Positions 9,973 to 19,799 are shown, counted from the stretch's first letter. The stretch is DNA of 64,000 bases from Candidatus Hecatella orcuttiae (GCA_002011035.2 MTLY02000002.1:32001-96000), one strand, 5' to 3'. Numbers and translations are program-made. Notes: generated by a model not told the origin, from the sequence alone.

Positions 9973-10272
9973 CTATTCTTCCTCCTCTTCGGAGATTTCT
10001 TCCTCCACGCCCTCCACGAAGACCTCCTCCTCCGGACCTGCCTCTTCAGTTCTGAAGAGAGCAGCGGCTCCGACGATGGTGACAAAGACCGTCAGAAACA
10101 GGAAGAGGATGTCGAACTCCCGGTAGGTCCAAAGCCAAAGTTGCTCTGGGAGGGGAGAAGGAGGTAGGGTAGGATTGGGGATGATGAAGTAGGAGCCCAT
10201 AAAACTGGCTATGATGACGGTGAAAGCAAGTAGAACGGCTAATCCCACTATCCTACCTGCAAGCGAGTTCAT
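9973..10272 (-). CDS. nuoJ: NuoJ C-terminal half (split nuoJ)
   Basis: LWTYREFDIL...IVGAAAL resembles the last helix of NuoJ; lies between NuoJ-N and NuoK. Confidence 0.65.
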   Translation of the reverse strand: MNSLAGRIVGLAVLLAFTVIIASFMGSYFIIPNPTLPPSPLPEQLWLWTYREFDILFLFLTVFVTIVGAAALFRTEEAGPEEEVFVEGVEEEISEEEEE

Positions 10273-10276
10273 CTTT

Positions 10277-10519
10277 TCACAACTTCTTGACGGTGTGGAA
10301 GGTTACCAGCAACAGGACGACAACGGCTCCCACGTAGATGAGAACCTGCACAGCCGCCACGTAGGGCGCGCCCAAAAGGAAGAAAGCCACAGCCAAAAGG
10401 ATGCTCATGAAAAAGAAGGAAGCAATGGCCTTGGGTATGTTTCGGAACTCAACAGCTAGAAAAGCGCAGCCGATTGTGAGGAGGATGACGGCCATTTCAA
10501 GAAGAGCCAGCGGTTCCAA
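10277..10519 (-). CDS. nuoJ: NuoJ N-terminal half (split nuoJ)
   Basis: LGAPYVAAVQVLIYVGAVVVL signature; likely TTG start at 10519. Confidence 0.8.
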   Translation of the reverse strand: MEPLALLEMAVILLTIGCAFLAVEFRNIPKAIASFFFMSILLAVAFFLLGAPYVAAVQVLIYVGAVVVLLLVTFHTVKKL

Positions 10520-10719
10520 TCTTACACCACAAAGCCTTCGTTTGAAATGTTTTTTATCTAAAAGGAGATGAAGATATAAATTCTTCGCTCCCTTTTTCGG
10601 GAAAATGCAGGCGTATATACAGTTCAAAAGATGTTTACTTTCAAAATTAAAGGATAAACCATAAATGCGACATTAATGTACTATTTTCTCGAGAACAAAC
10701 AAAGGAAAAGGGAAGAGCA

Positions 10720-11082
10720 GTGGCAGACCTTCTGGGCCTAGTGGTGTACATTGTCATCATGCTCCTGTTTCCCATAGGCCTAGTGCTGTCCGGAAAGATA
10801 TTCGGCCCGTCCAATCCCAGTCCCACCAAGAACTTGGCCTTTGAATGTGGACAGGTTCCTCTTGGAGACCCTCGGATAACCTTCAACATTCGATACTATC
10901 CTTACGCCATGATCTACGCGGTCTTCGGGGCCATAGCTATCTTTCTCCTCCTCACCGCCCCTGCCATCATCAGGTTGGGAGGCGAGGTTTCAACTTTCAT
11001 TTCCATCTCTCTCGCTGTGGTGATCCTCGCCTTGGTCAGCGCTGTGACTTCTCTCCGTTCGGCTAGGAGGAGGTTGAGGTGA
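10720..11082 (+). CDS. nuoA: Complex I-like subunit NuoA
   Basis: K..AFECG and YYPYAMIYAVF motifs; 3 TM helices. Confidence 0.88.
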   Translation: MADLLGLVVYIVIMLLFPIGLVLSGKIFGPSNPSPTKNLAFECGQVPLGDPRITFNIRYYPYAMIYAVFGAIAIFLLLTAPAIIRLGGEVSTFISISLAVVILALVSAVTSLRSARRRLR

Positions 11083-11549
11083 CCCTAAGCCCTGTGGCTA
11101 AGGCTAAGGAAACATACACCCTCCTGAAGGATAAAATCCTCAACTGGGGTCGAGCTTGGTCTCTGTGGTCTGTTCACCTTTGCACAGGCTGCTGCAGCCC
11201 TGAGCTGATGGCTGTTTCGTGTTCCCGGTTCGACGCGGAAAGGTTCGGCACTCTGCCCTTCCCTTCTTTAAGGCAGTGTGACCTTCTCTTCGTGTTGGGT
11301 GTGGTTAGCGAGAAAATGGCGAAAAGGGTTAAATTGATCTACGATCAAATGCCTGACCCGAAATATGTCATAGCCTTAGGGGACTGCGCCATCTCCGGAG
11401 GCTTGTGGTGGGACTCCTACTGCGTCGTTCAGGGGATCGATAAGGTGGTCCCTGTGGACGTCTATGTGCCGGGATGCCCCCCAAGGCCGGAAGCCTTCAT
11501 CCAAGGCATTATGATGTTGCAGAAGAAGATCCAAGGGAAAGAAGTTTGA
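11079..11549 (+). CDS. nuoB: Complex I-like subunit NuoB (N2 cluster)
   Basis: Tandem-Cys TGCCSPE, GDCAISGG and VPGCPPRPE motifs. Confidence 0.92.
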   Translation: MTLSPVAKAKETYTLLKDKILNWGRAWSLWSVHLCTGCCSPELMAVSCSRFDAERFGTLPFPSLRQCDLLFVLGVVSEKMAKRVKLIYDQMPDPKYVIALGDCAISGGLWWDSYCVVQGIDKVVPVDVYVPGCPPRPEAFIQGIMMLQKKIQGKEV

Positions 11550-12025
11550 GCGAGGCTGCTGAAAAAGCTGAAGCCATGGTTACTGAGGATGTTAAATCTA
11601 AATTTGGTGATGCTGTTCTCCAAGCTGAAGTCCAGCGGAAAGGCAGAATAAGCATAAAAGTCAATAAAGACCGCCTAGCAGATGTCGCCAGATACCTGAA
11701 GGATAGCTACAACTTTGACCATCTGGCCTCTGTTTCCGGAACCGACTACCCTGACCGGAAGGAGTTCGAAGTCGTCTACCATGTCTGGTCCATTCCCCGG
11801 AAGATTCTGGCAGCCTTAAGAGTTTCCCTGCCCAGAGAAGACCCTCAACTGGACACGCTTATCCCTGTTTGGGAAGCTGCCAATCTTCATGAGAGGGAAA
11901 CCCATGAAATGTTGGGGATAAACTTCGCCGGTCACCCCAACCTTTCCGGGCTATTGCTTCCGGAGGACTGGAAGCAGATGCCTCCCCTGAGAAAAGACTT
12001 CAAACTACCGTCCAAGCCGAGGTAG
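11546..12025 (+). CDS. nuoC: Complex I-like subunit NuoC
   Basis: ERETHEMLGINFAGHP...PPLRKDF motif; TTG start overlapping the nuoB stop. Confidence 0.9.
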   Translation: MSEAAEKAEAMVTEDVKSKFGDAVLQAEVQRKGRISIKVNKDRLADVARYLKDSYNFDHLASVSGTDYPDRKEFEVVYHVWSIPRKILAALRVSLPREDPQLDTLIPVWEAANLHERETHEMLGINFAGHPNLSGLLLPEDWKQMPPLRKDFKLPSKPR

Positions 12026-12035
12026 GTGTGGCTCT

Positions 12036-13115
12036 ATGCCTGTCATGCGTGTGAAATTCGGTCCTCAGCACCCTATCAGCGGCCACCTTTGCCTTGCCCT
12101 TGACGTTGACGGGGATGTTGTGGTCAACATTGAGCCTGACATCGGTTACACGCATCGGGGATTGGAGAAGATAGCTGAAAACCGCAACTACGTTCAAGCG
12201 GTTCCCCCATTGGAGAGAGCTAACATCGTTGACTCGGTCCACATGGTTTTAGGCTATGTGGAGGCGGTGGAGGAGCTCATGGGGGTGGAGGTGCCGGAGA
12301 GGGCGAAGTTCATCCGGGTCATCATGGCTGAGATGAGCAGAATAGCCAGCCACCTCTACTGGCTTTGTTTGATGGCGGTGGCTGTGGGTTTGGAAACAAT
12401 GCTCATGTGGCCCATTAACGACAGGGAACTGCTCCTAGACCTCTTCGAGATGTATACGGGGGCGAGGATAACTCACTCTTTCTTCATCCCCGGAGGGGTT
12501 CGGCGGGACCTTCCTCAAGGCTTTAAAGAGCAAACCTTCAGAGCGCTGAGCTATCTGGAGCAACGGCTGGGCGATTATGACCGAATGCTTTACCAAAGCT
12601 ACACTTTCAAAATAAGGACCCAAGGAGTTGGGAAGCTTAAACCTCAAGAAGCCATAAAGCTGGGGTTGGTTGGCCCTTCTATCAGAGGGTCGGGGGTGAA
12701 GGTGGATGTGCGAAAAGATGAACCTTATGCTGCGTATGACCAGCTGGAGTTCACCGTGCCCACGGGGAAGGTGGGAGACTCCTACGACAGGTCTGTGGTG
12801 AGGCTTAGGGAAATGGAGCAGAGCATCTCCCTCATCCGCCAAGCGCTGGAGAGGCTTCCCAGCGGGCCCATTAAGGCTCCTGCCCCTTCCTCCGCTCCGA
12901 AAGGGGAAACTTATAGCAGAGTGGAGTCGGCTCGGGGGGAGTTGGGCTACTATCTGGTGGGGGACGGAACCACCCGGCCTTACCGTTTGAAGATAAGCAG
13001 TCCCTCTTTTAGAAACCTCCCTGCCATGGGTTATCTATCTAAAAATGTCCCCTTCGCGGACATACCCGTTATACTGTGGAGTCTAGACCTCTGGCCGTTG
13101 GACATGGATAGGTGA
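12036..13115 (+). CDS. nuoD: Complex I-like subunit NuoD (no NiFe-binding cysteines)
   Basis: GPQHP, GYTHRGLEK and ESARGE motifs; C-terminal DMDR; no CxxC motifs. Confidence 0.92.
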   Translation: MPVMRVKFGPQHPISGHLCLALDVDGDVVVNIEPDIGYTHRGLEKIAENRNYVQAVPPLERANIVDSVHMVLGYVEAVEELMGVEVPERAKFIRVIMAEMSRIASHLYWLCLMAVAVGLETMLMWPINDRELLLDLFEMYTGARITHSFFIPGGVRRDLPQGFKEQTFRALSYLEQRLGDYDRMLYQSYTFKIRTQGVGKLKPQEAIKLGLVGPSIRGSGVKVDVRKDEPYAAYDQLEFTVPTGKVGDSYDRSVVRLREMEQSISLIRQALERLPSGPIKAPAPSSAPKGETYSRVESARGELGYYLVGDGTTRPYRLKISSPSFRNLPAMGYLSKNVPFADIPVILWSLDLWPLDMDR

Positions 13116-13121
13116 AAAAGC

Positions 13122-14207
13122 TTGGTGGGGTTGGAGTCTCTGACGTTGCAGCTGTGGCAGCTCTGGCAGAGCGGCTACCTGACGGAGCTCTTCATCAAAG
13201 TCATCATCTTCCCAGGCTTAGTCCACATATCCCTTGTCGTGCTACTGGCTGTGTGGTTTGAGAGAAAAGTAAACGCGAGAATCCATCTTCGAGTAGGACC
13301 CTACCATGTAGGCCCGGTGATGGGCTTTTTCCAGCCTATCGCCGACTTCGTTAAACTGATAGGAAAGGAGCTCATCGTCCCTGAGAAAGCTCATAAGCTC
13401 CTTTACAAGACGGCGCCCATCTCCGCTCTAGCTCTTTCCACGTTGAGCTTCGCTTTCATTCCCTTCGGGGTCATCGGCTCGGAGATGAGTTTACCGTTCA
13501 TTCCCTTCCACCTAAGCCCCGGAGAATACTGGGTTGTCTACTACTCGAACATCAGCCTCCTCATCGTCATCCTGCTCTTCAGCGTGCGCCCTTTCATCAT
13601 CATAGCAGCCGGCTGGGCATGCCGGAGTAAATACTGCACCGTAGGCGCCCTTCGTACAGCTTTTCAGCTTCTCGCCTATGAAGTTCCCCTTCTAGTGGCC
13701 ATCGTCGGCGTCGTCATGGTGGCCGGGTCCTTCGACCTTGTGGCCATAATAGAAAGCCAGTCCTCCATTTGGCATGGAGTCTTTCAGCCTCTCGGCCTCG
13801 CTGTCTTCTTCGTCGCCATGATGGCGGAAGTGTCCCGGAGACCCTTCGACCTACCCCACGCTGAACAGGAATTGGTCTACGGCTGGGCTACGGAGTATCC
13901 CGGCGTCCTCTACGGATGCTTCATGATGGCGGAATACGTTGACCTGTATCTGGGGGCGGTGCTGATGACAGCTCTTTTCTTGGGAGGATGGCTAGGCCCA
14001 GCTTTCCTGCCGCCCATCGCGTGGTTTCTGCTGAAGGCTGGGATCATCGTCTGCATCGTCACCCTCCTCCGAGGAGTGTTCCCCCGGGTGAGAATAGACC
14101 AGCTTCTGGACGCAGGTTGGACGTATCTGATACCTCTGGCTCTTATCCAGGTGCTGATCATCCTAGGCCTCGCTCATGTGGCACCAGGCCTGCTGGGTTT
14201 GGCGTAA
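13122..14207 (+). CDS. nuoH: Complex I-like subunit NuoH
   Basis: ERK..ARIHLRVGP, QPIADFVKL and AEVSRRPFDLPHAEQEL motifs. Confidence 0.92.
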   Translation: MVGLESLTLQLWQLWQSGYLTELFIKVIIFPGLVHISLVVLLAVWFERKVNARIHLRVGPYHVGPVMGFFQPIADFVKLIGKELIVPEKAHKLLYKTAPISALALSTLSFAFIPFGVIGSEMSLPFIPFHLSPGEYWVVYYSNISLLIVILLFSVRPFIIIAAGWACRSKYCTVGALRTAFQLLAYEVPLLVAIVGVVMVAGSFDLVAIIESQSSIWHGVFQPLGLAVFFVAMMAEVSRRPFDLPHAEQELVYGWATEYPGVLYGCFMMAEYVDLYLGAVLMTALFLGGWLGPAFLPPIAWFLLKAGIIVCIVTLLRGVFPRVRIDQLLDAGWTYLIPLALIQVLIILGLAHVAPGLLGLA

Positions 14208-14233
14208 AATGGAAAAAGTAAGGTGAAAAGAAA

Positions 14234-14680
14234 ATGTCTTCCATCGTAAAGCCGTTGAAAGTTGTGCTGGAACATTTCCCAAAAAGAACCTTTACGGTCT
14301 TTCATCCCTATGAAGCTCTAAAGCTACCGGAAAGGTCTCGTGGCGGCATCCAGCTGGACATGGAAAAGTGCACTGGCTGCGGTGTATGCGCCTACATCTG
14401 CCCTAATGTAGCCATAGAACTGGTCACCAGAGGAGAGAAGAGATACCCCAAACTGGATTATGGAAGATGCTGCTTCTGCGCTCTTTGTGTGGACTACTGC
14501 CCTAGGAAGGCGCTGAAAACCACACCGGTACATGAGCTGGCGGAGTTCAGCAGAGCGGAGCTGGAATATCCCCCTGAACGCCTCGCTCAACCTCCGCAGA
14601 TAACCAAACCTAAGCCCGCCCCTCGCCGAAAAATTGTTTCCATAAAAAAGATCGACCAAAGGGGAGTTTCACACCACTAA
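14234..14680 (+). CDS. nuoI: Complex I-like subunit NuoI (2x[4Fe-4S])
   Basis: CTGCGVCAYICP and CCFCALCVDYCP motifs. Confidence 0.9.
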   Translation: MSSIVKPLKVVLEHFPKRTFTVFHPYEALKLPERSRGGIQLDMEKCTGCGVCAYICPNVAIELVTRGEKRYPKLDYGRCCFCALCVDYCPRKALKTTPVHELAEFSRAELEYPPERLAQPPQITKPKPAPRRKIVSIKKIDQRGVSHH

Positions 14681-14829
14681 GCTGGGAAAACGCCCGCGGA
14701 TACTCGGCTGCACCTTCTCGAGTTAAAGTTGATTTTTCCGTGAAAACTTAAACTATAATAACCTCTCTTTCTCTATGTCGGTAGAAAGGGAAGTTTCAGG
14801 TTGAATGCCTAAAGGAGAAGATTTTTCCC

Positions 14830-15165
14830 ATGGGCAGTATTTCCATCATCTGCAAGGTTAACGCCATCCATCCCTCCGCTGCACCTTTCGGAGGGGAGTT
14901 CGTCTGCGTGGAGTTCGCGGTGGAGGCTCAGAAGCCTCCCAGCTTCATTCAGATACCTAAGGATATTCCCCAGGAGGTTTCAGCCGTCATGCCCATTCTC
15001 ACCCAACTGCCGAAGATGCTTCCTCAAGTTAAGCCCTACAACAACAGGCTGGTTCTCTACCTGACTCCTCAAGAATGGGAAAAATTACCCAGAAAATATC
15101 AGTATGGGGATGAGGTGGAGATCAAAATTAACCCCGACGGCTCTATTCATGTCTCCCTCATATAA
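14830..15165 (+). CDS. Arcadin-1-like protein
   Basis: Size and pattern (...VMPIL.Q...LP...RLVLYLTPQEWE...GDEVEIKI...) resemble Pyrobaculum arcadin-1 as recalled. Confidence 0.5.
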   Translation: MGSISIICKVNAIHPSAAPFGGEFVCVEFAVEAQKPPSFIQIPKDIPQEVSAVMPILTQLPKMLPQVKPYNNRLVLYLTPQEWEKLPRKYQYGDEVEIKINPDGSIHVSLI

Positions 15166-15178
15166 GCAGAAGGGGCTG

Positions 15179-15646
15179 TTAAGGCTTTTTTACGACATAA
15201 AAATATATGGTGTGCTGACCTAAGGTTTCTACCTTTTCAGGCTTCCACCCTACTATTTCGTAGTCGTGGGAGACAACCCTAACCCCGTTTCCCAGCTCCT
15301 TCTCCAGTTTAGGTCTGAGGCGCTCGTTGGCGGAAGTTGTCAGAAAGAGGGTCACCACGTCGGCGTCGACTATGGGTGTCTGGTAGAGGTCTCCACGGAT
15401 CACCGTAATCCGGTCCTCTAAACCGGCTTTCTTTATTTCCTCCATGGAGTTTTTGGCTAGGTCCTCTCTAGCCTCCACTCCGACGGCTTTTTTGGCTTTA
15501 AATTCCTGAACGGCTGTTATCAGTATTCTTCCATCCCCAGAGCCTAGGTCGTAGACGACTTCCCCCTCCCGAACTTGAGCTATCTCCAACATTTTCCTGA
15601 CAACTTCGGGTGGGGAGGAAATAAAGGGAACGTAGGCCAATTCCAA
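15179..15646 (-). CDS. SAM-dependent protein-lysine methyltransferase (aKMT/FAM173-like)
   Basis: VPF..SP.EVVRKMLEIA, YDLGSGDGRI and LRPKLEKEL..GVRVVSHD motifs. Confidence 0.8.
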   Translation of the reverse strand: MELAYVPFISSPPEVVRKMLEIAQVREGEVVYDLGSGDGRILITAVQEFKAKKAVGVEAREDLAKNSMEEIKKAGLEDRITVIRGDLYQTPIVDADVVTLFLTTSANERLRPKLEKELGNGVRVVSHDYEIVGWKPEKVETLGQHTIYFYVVKKP

Positions 15647-15770
15647 GGGGCCTCCTGTTTTATTATTGATGATAAACCAGACAGGCCTCCGATATTAAGG
15701 TTTCTTGTATCCAGAACAACTCCCATCCCTGAGAGGAATAGATATAAGTAACGGAAGCCTTTCTCGTGGT

Positions 15771-16070
15771 ATGGCTGAAAAATTCGGTCAAGTTGTTGTA
15801 CCTTACTATTGCAAGTTAGCTCTTCTGCTCTGCCAGCAGGCAAGGGAGCTCCTCTACAGCGGCTTAGACCTCCAAAGTGCCTCTAAGCTGTGCAGCTTCA
15901 TTTCCACCCTTTGCGTGAAAAACGGATGTTCTATTTGTAAGGAAGAGTCTCAGCTCTGCTCCAAAGTGTCGGAAACATGCGTATTGGAAGGCGGCGAAAG
16001 GGAAGCTAAAAACCTCTGCGATGTGGCCAGAAGACTATGCCCGAAAGGTTTCAGCATCCATGGGAGTTGA
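15771..16070 (+). CDS. Small cysteine-rich hypothetical protein
   Basis: 10 Cys in about 99 aa, mostly in Cx6C spacing; ends 6 nt before the PAC2 gene. Confidence 0.6.
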   Translation: MAEKFGQVVVPYYCKLALLLCQQARELLYSGLDLQSASKLCSFISTLCVKNGCSICKEESQLCSKVSETCVLEGGEREAKNLCDVARRLCPKGFSIHGS

Positions 16071-16076
16071 GGACCT

Positions 16077-16847
16077 ATGCCGGCTTGGACTAGAATCTAC
16101 CTTGTGGAAGACTTGAAGTTGAAGTCCCCCATTCTAGTCCAAGGGCTGCCGGGGCTAGGCCTTGTGGGGAAGCTGGCGGTGAACTACCTCATAGATGAAT
16201 TGAAGCCTAAACTTTTCGCGGAGCTTTACTCCAGCTATCTGAATCTCCCTGATGGAAGCACAGGCATCCAGATCAAGGAGGACGGAACCTACTACATGCC
16301 GAAGATCGAACTCTACGTCCATCGACATCCTAAACATGACATCATCCTGATAACCGGAGACTCTCAGCCTACCCTCCACGGCCAATACGAGGTGGTAGAC
16401 CACATCCTAGAGCTCGCTCAAAAACAAGGCTGCGAGCGGGTCATAGCGCTAGGCGGCTTTCAGACCCCGGTGGAAAAAGAGATAGGGAAAGTTTACGGGG
16501 TTTTCAACGATGCGAAGCTGGGGGAAGACCTGAAAAATCTAGGTGTTCAGATAACCAGAAGCGGCGCCATCACAGGTGCCTGCGGCGTGATCCTGGGGCT
16601 GAGCGACCGGAGGAGCATACCTTCCATAGCTCTGCTGGGAGCTACGAGAGGCGACTACCCGGACATGCAGGCGGCTAGGGGAGTTTTAAACGTCCTGTTG
16701 AAGATCCTTGACATTTCGATCAGCTTCGAACGGATGGATAAGGAAATCGAGGACATAAAAGTTAAACTGGAAGAGTTGAGGAGGATTCAGGCGGAAACCT
16801 ATCCTCAGCTTAAAAAAGAACTGGGTAAGCGGCCCTTCTACGTGTAG
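16077..16847 (+). CDS. PAC2 family proteasome assembly chaperone
   Basis: GLPGLGLVGKLA, ITGDSQP, ALGG and YPD..AA motifs. Confidence 0.88.
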   Translation: MPAWTRIYLVEDLKLKSPILVQGLPGLGLVGKLAVNYLIDELKPKLFAELYSSYLNLPDGSTGIQIKEDGTYYMPKIELYVHRHPKHDIILITGDSQPTLHGQYEVVDHILELAQKQGCERVIALGGFQTPVEKEIGKVYGVFNDAKLGEDLKNLGVQITRSGAITGACGVILGLSDRRSIPSIALLGATRGDYPDMQAARGVLNVLLKILDISISFERMDKEIEDIKVKLEELRRIQAETYPQLKKELGKRPFYV

Positions 16848-16854
16848 CCGCTGC

Positions 16855-18171
16855 CTAGCCTTCCCTCGTTTTTTTTGGCTTAACCACCAGCAGAGGGCCT
16901 TCTTTACCGATTATTTCGACTTTCTCCCCAGGCTTGATGGGGACGGCTGACTTAGCCTTCCAGTATTCGCCCTTATACCGGATGAAGCCGACCTTTTCCG
17001 GGGTAACTTCCTCCAAGGCCTCTCCTTCCTCCCCTACTATGATTCCCATCGCCGGCTTCATTCTCCTAGCCTTAAGCACCTTGTAGGCGGCGAAGATGAA
17101 GAAGACGCCTATGGCTAAGGGAGCGGAGATGAGGGCGGCGTAGAGAAGGTTAAGCCACTCCGGTGAAACAGACCACTGGCTGGGGAAAAGAAGGACAGCC
17201 CCCAGTAGCATGCAGGCGAAACCGGAGCCGCCTACGATTCCAAACCCGGGGGTGAAAAGTTCAGCCAGCAGAAGTGCTGCTCCTAAGACCATGAGGATGA
17301 GGGCGCCCACGTTTATGCCTGTGATGCCTAGGCCTATCAGGCCGAGGACCAGAAGCACCGCGCCTATAACTTCGCCTCCCGCCCCTGGAGAGGTTAGACC
17401 GAAGATGAGAGCGTACATGCCCACGGTGAAGAAAATGAAAGCCAGCATGGGCTCGGAGAGAATTTTGAACACCAGCAACCCTGGGCTGGGGGTCCATCTC
17501 ACCAATTCAGCGCCGCGGCTTCGGAGGACATACTCGCCTTTAACTGTCTCCACGGAGAAGCCGTCGATTTCAGCCAGCAGGTCTTCCAGCGCAGGGGCTA
17601 CCACTTCGACGACGCCCATTTCCATCGCCTCTTCGGCGCCTAGGTTGAGGTTTTCGGTGACGAAAAGCCGTGCTGCTGTTTCGTTTCTTCCGTGAGCTCT
17701 AGCCCTTTCAGCCATGTAGGCTTCTAGGGCGTTGAGCACCTTGGTGTCATTGATAGGCTGGGAGCCTCCGAAGGGAGAGAAGGCCACAGGCTGGGCTGAG
17801 CCTATGATGGTATGGGGCGCCATGGCGGCTATGTGGGTGGAAAGCAGAATGTAGGTCCCCGCCGACCAGGCGGTGGCCCCCGGAGGGTAGACGTAGCCTA
17901 TGATCGGAACCTCAGCCCGCTCGATGGCTGCGATGATCTTCTGGGTGGCGTCCAGGTTTCCGCCCGGCGTGTCGAGGGTGAGGACCACCGGCTGGTTTCG
18001 GGCCTCCGCGTAGGCTAAGGCCTCATTGACCAGTTCAACAGACATGGTGGTGATGGTGCCTTCCAGTCTGACTACGAGGACCTCCGGCTGCTGGGCTGCG
18101 GCTGGGGAGAGTAAAGGAGCCGATAGAGTAACGGCTACTAGGACGAGAAGGAGGAAAGAGAACCGATGCAC
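16855..18171 (-). CDS. nfeD: NfeD/STOPP membrane-bound serine protease
   Basis: LDTPGG and AWSAGTYI protease motifs, TM region and C-terminal OB fold (GEYWKA); adjacent to a stomatin gene. Confidence 0.9.
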   Translation of the reverse strand: MHRFSFLLLVLVAVTLSAPLLSPAAAQQPEVLVVRLEGTITTMSVELVNEALAYAEARNQPVVLTLDTPGGNLDATQKIIAAIERAEVPIIGYVYPPGATAWSAGTYILLSTHIAAMAPHTIIGSAQPVAFSPFGGSQPINDTKVLNALEAYMAERARAHGRNETAARLFVTENLNLGAEEAMEMGVVEVVAPALEDLLAEIDGFSVETVKGEYVLRSRGAELVRWTPSPGLLVFKILSEPMLAFIFFTVGMYALIFGLTSPGAGGEVIGAVLLVLGLIGLGITGINVGALILMVLGAALLLAELFTPGFGIVGGSGFACMLLGAVLLFPSQWSVSPEWLNLLYAALISAPLAIGVFFIFAAYKVLKARRMKPAMGIIVGEEGEALEEVTPEKVGFIRYKGEYWKAKSAVPIKPGEKVEIIGKEGPLLVVKPKKTREG

Positions 18172-18177
18172 AGAGGT

Positions 18178-18978
18178 TTACTCACCCGAAGTGGACCTAG
18201 TCTTCTTTTCGGCTTTCATGAGCCCTAGCATGGTGGCAAGGTCGGCGCCTCCTCCAATGGCCGCAGGTGTGACGACGACCAAGTTTCGCTCTCGGGCTAT
18301 GTCGGTGAGGGTTTGAAGCTCTCTCAACCTCATGGCCATAGGTGTCATCTGGTACATTTTAGCCGCGTCTGTCATGCGAGTTGCCGCTTGGTATTCACCC
18401 TCAGCAATAATGATCCGGGAGCGCCTTTCTCTCTCCGCTTCCGCCTGCTTGGCTATCGCCCTCTGCATGTCTTCGGGGAGGGAAACGTCTTTGATGGCCA
18501 CGTTGGACACTTTTATGCCCCAAGGATCCGTGGCTGTGTCGATGATTTCCGTCAGCCGTTTGGAGAGTTCTTCCCTCTTGGTCAACAGCTCATCCAAGTC
18601 CACTTGGCCTAGGACATCCCTCAGGGTGGTTTGGGAGAGAAGGTTGGTAGCGAAGATGAAGTTTTCCACGGCCACCACAGCCTTTTGAGGGTCGACTACG
18701 CGGTAGTAGACGGCGGCGTCCACGTCCACGGAGACATTGTCCCTAGTGATCACCCGCTGTTTGGGGACGTCGAAGGTCACCACCCTCAAGTCCACCACTC
18801 TGAAGACGTCGATGAGGGGGATCCGGAAGAAGATGCCGGGGCCTTTGGCACCTAGAAGTCTTCCAAGCCTGAAGATCACAGCCCGCTGGTATTCCTTCAC
18901 TATTTTGAGGGAGGAAGCCAGAATTATCAGCACGATGATTATCAGGAAGAAGGCAGGGGCAAAGTTAGCGGCAGCCAT
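18178..18978 (-). CDS. Stomatin/slipin (SPFH domain) protein
   Basis: EYQRAVIFRLGR, ITRDNVSVDVDA and QAEAERERR motifs. Confidence 0.92.
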   Translation of the reverse strand: MAAANFAPAFFLIIIVLIILASSLKIVKEYQRAVIFRLGRLLGAKGPGIFFRIPLIDVFRVVDLRVVTFDVPKQRVITRDNVSVDVDAAVYYRVVDPQKAVVAVENFIFATNLLSQTTLRDVLGQVDLDELLTKREELSKRLTEIIDTATDPWGIKVSNVAIKDVSLPEDMQRAIAKQAEAERERRSRIIIAEGEYQAATRMTDAAKMYQMTPMAMRLRELQTLTDIARERNLVVVTPAAIGGGADLATMLGLMKAEKKTRSTSGE

Positions 18979-19083
18979 TTATATCACCTATACATCTTTC
19001 CAAGGTACTCACATCTTCCTAAAATTTAAACCTACCTAATTGGGGATCCCTAGGTTAAACTTCGCAGCGAAAAGGGGAACATC

Positions 19084-19710
19084 TTGACAGCCTCCAGCCG
19101 ACCGGTAGTGGGCATCGACCTTGCGGGAGTGGAAACCAGACCCACAGGCTTCTGCACCTTAGACCAAAACCTCAGAGCGAAAACCCTCCTCCTCTGGAAG
19201 GATGAAGAAATAGTCAGCCATGTTGCAAAGTTGAAACCCCGCCTCGTCGCCGTGGACGCTCCCCTAGGGCTGCCCAAGGGGAGATGCTGCCTCAGGGACG
19301 ACTGCCCCTGCCGCTCCGCAGGCCATCTGAGAGAATGCGACCGGGAGCTTCTTCGAATGGGATTGAAGCTTTTCCCTCCCACCTTGGGGGCCATGAGGAA
19401 GCTGACTCTCCGAGCTGTGGCCCTCAGAAAAATCCTTGAGCGGGGACGCTTTCAGGTGGTGGAGGCTTTTCCCCACGCCGCCAAAGCCCTCTTGGGGTTT
19501 CCTGAAAAAAGGGAGGGAGCTGAAAAGTTGAGGGAGGCCCTCAAAAAATTCGGCGTGAAGGGGGAGCTTCGTAGGAAGCGAAACATAACCATCCACGAGC
19601 TGGACGCTGTGGTTTCAGCCTTGGTTGGAAGACTCTGGCTGGAGGGTGAGGCTCAAGCCGTAGGAAAACCGGAAGAAGGCTTGATAATAATTCCGAAGAA
19701 GCCCCAGTAG
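19084..19710 (+). CDS. DUF429 family predicted nuclease (RNase H-like fold)
   Basis: VGIDLAG, VDAPL, RECDREL, EAFP and HELDA motifs. Confidence 0.8.
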   Translation: MTASSRPVVGIDLAGVETRPTGFCTLDQNLRAKTLLLWKDEEIVSHVAKLKPRLVAVDAPLGLPKGRCCLRDDCPCRSAGHLRECDRELLRMGLKLFPPTLGAMRKLTLRAVALRKILERGRFQVVEAFPHAAKALLGFPEKREGAEKLREALKKFGVKGELRRKRNITIHELDAVVSALVGRLWLEGEAQAVGKPEEGLIIIPKKPQ

Positions 19711-19799
19711 GCTGCGGCCAAAGAGCCGCGGTTTGCAGAAGCCGTGGATCCAAGTTAATGTGCAAGGTTTTTATCAGGCAGCTTTCTTCTTCAACTTCA

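Noticed and set aside
12036-13115. Group 4 [NiFe]-hydrogenase large subunit
   Set aside because: Both Ni-binding CxxC motifs are absent, and NuoB has the tandem Cys of complex I
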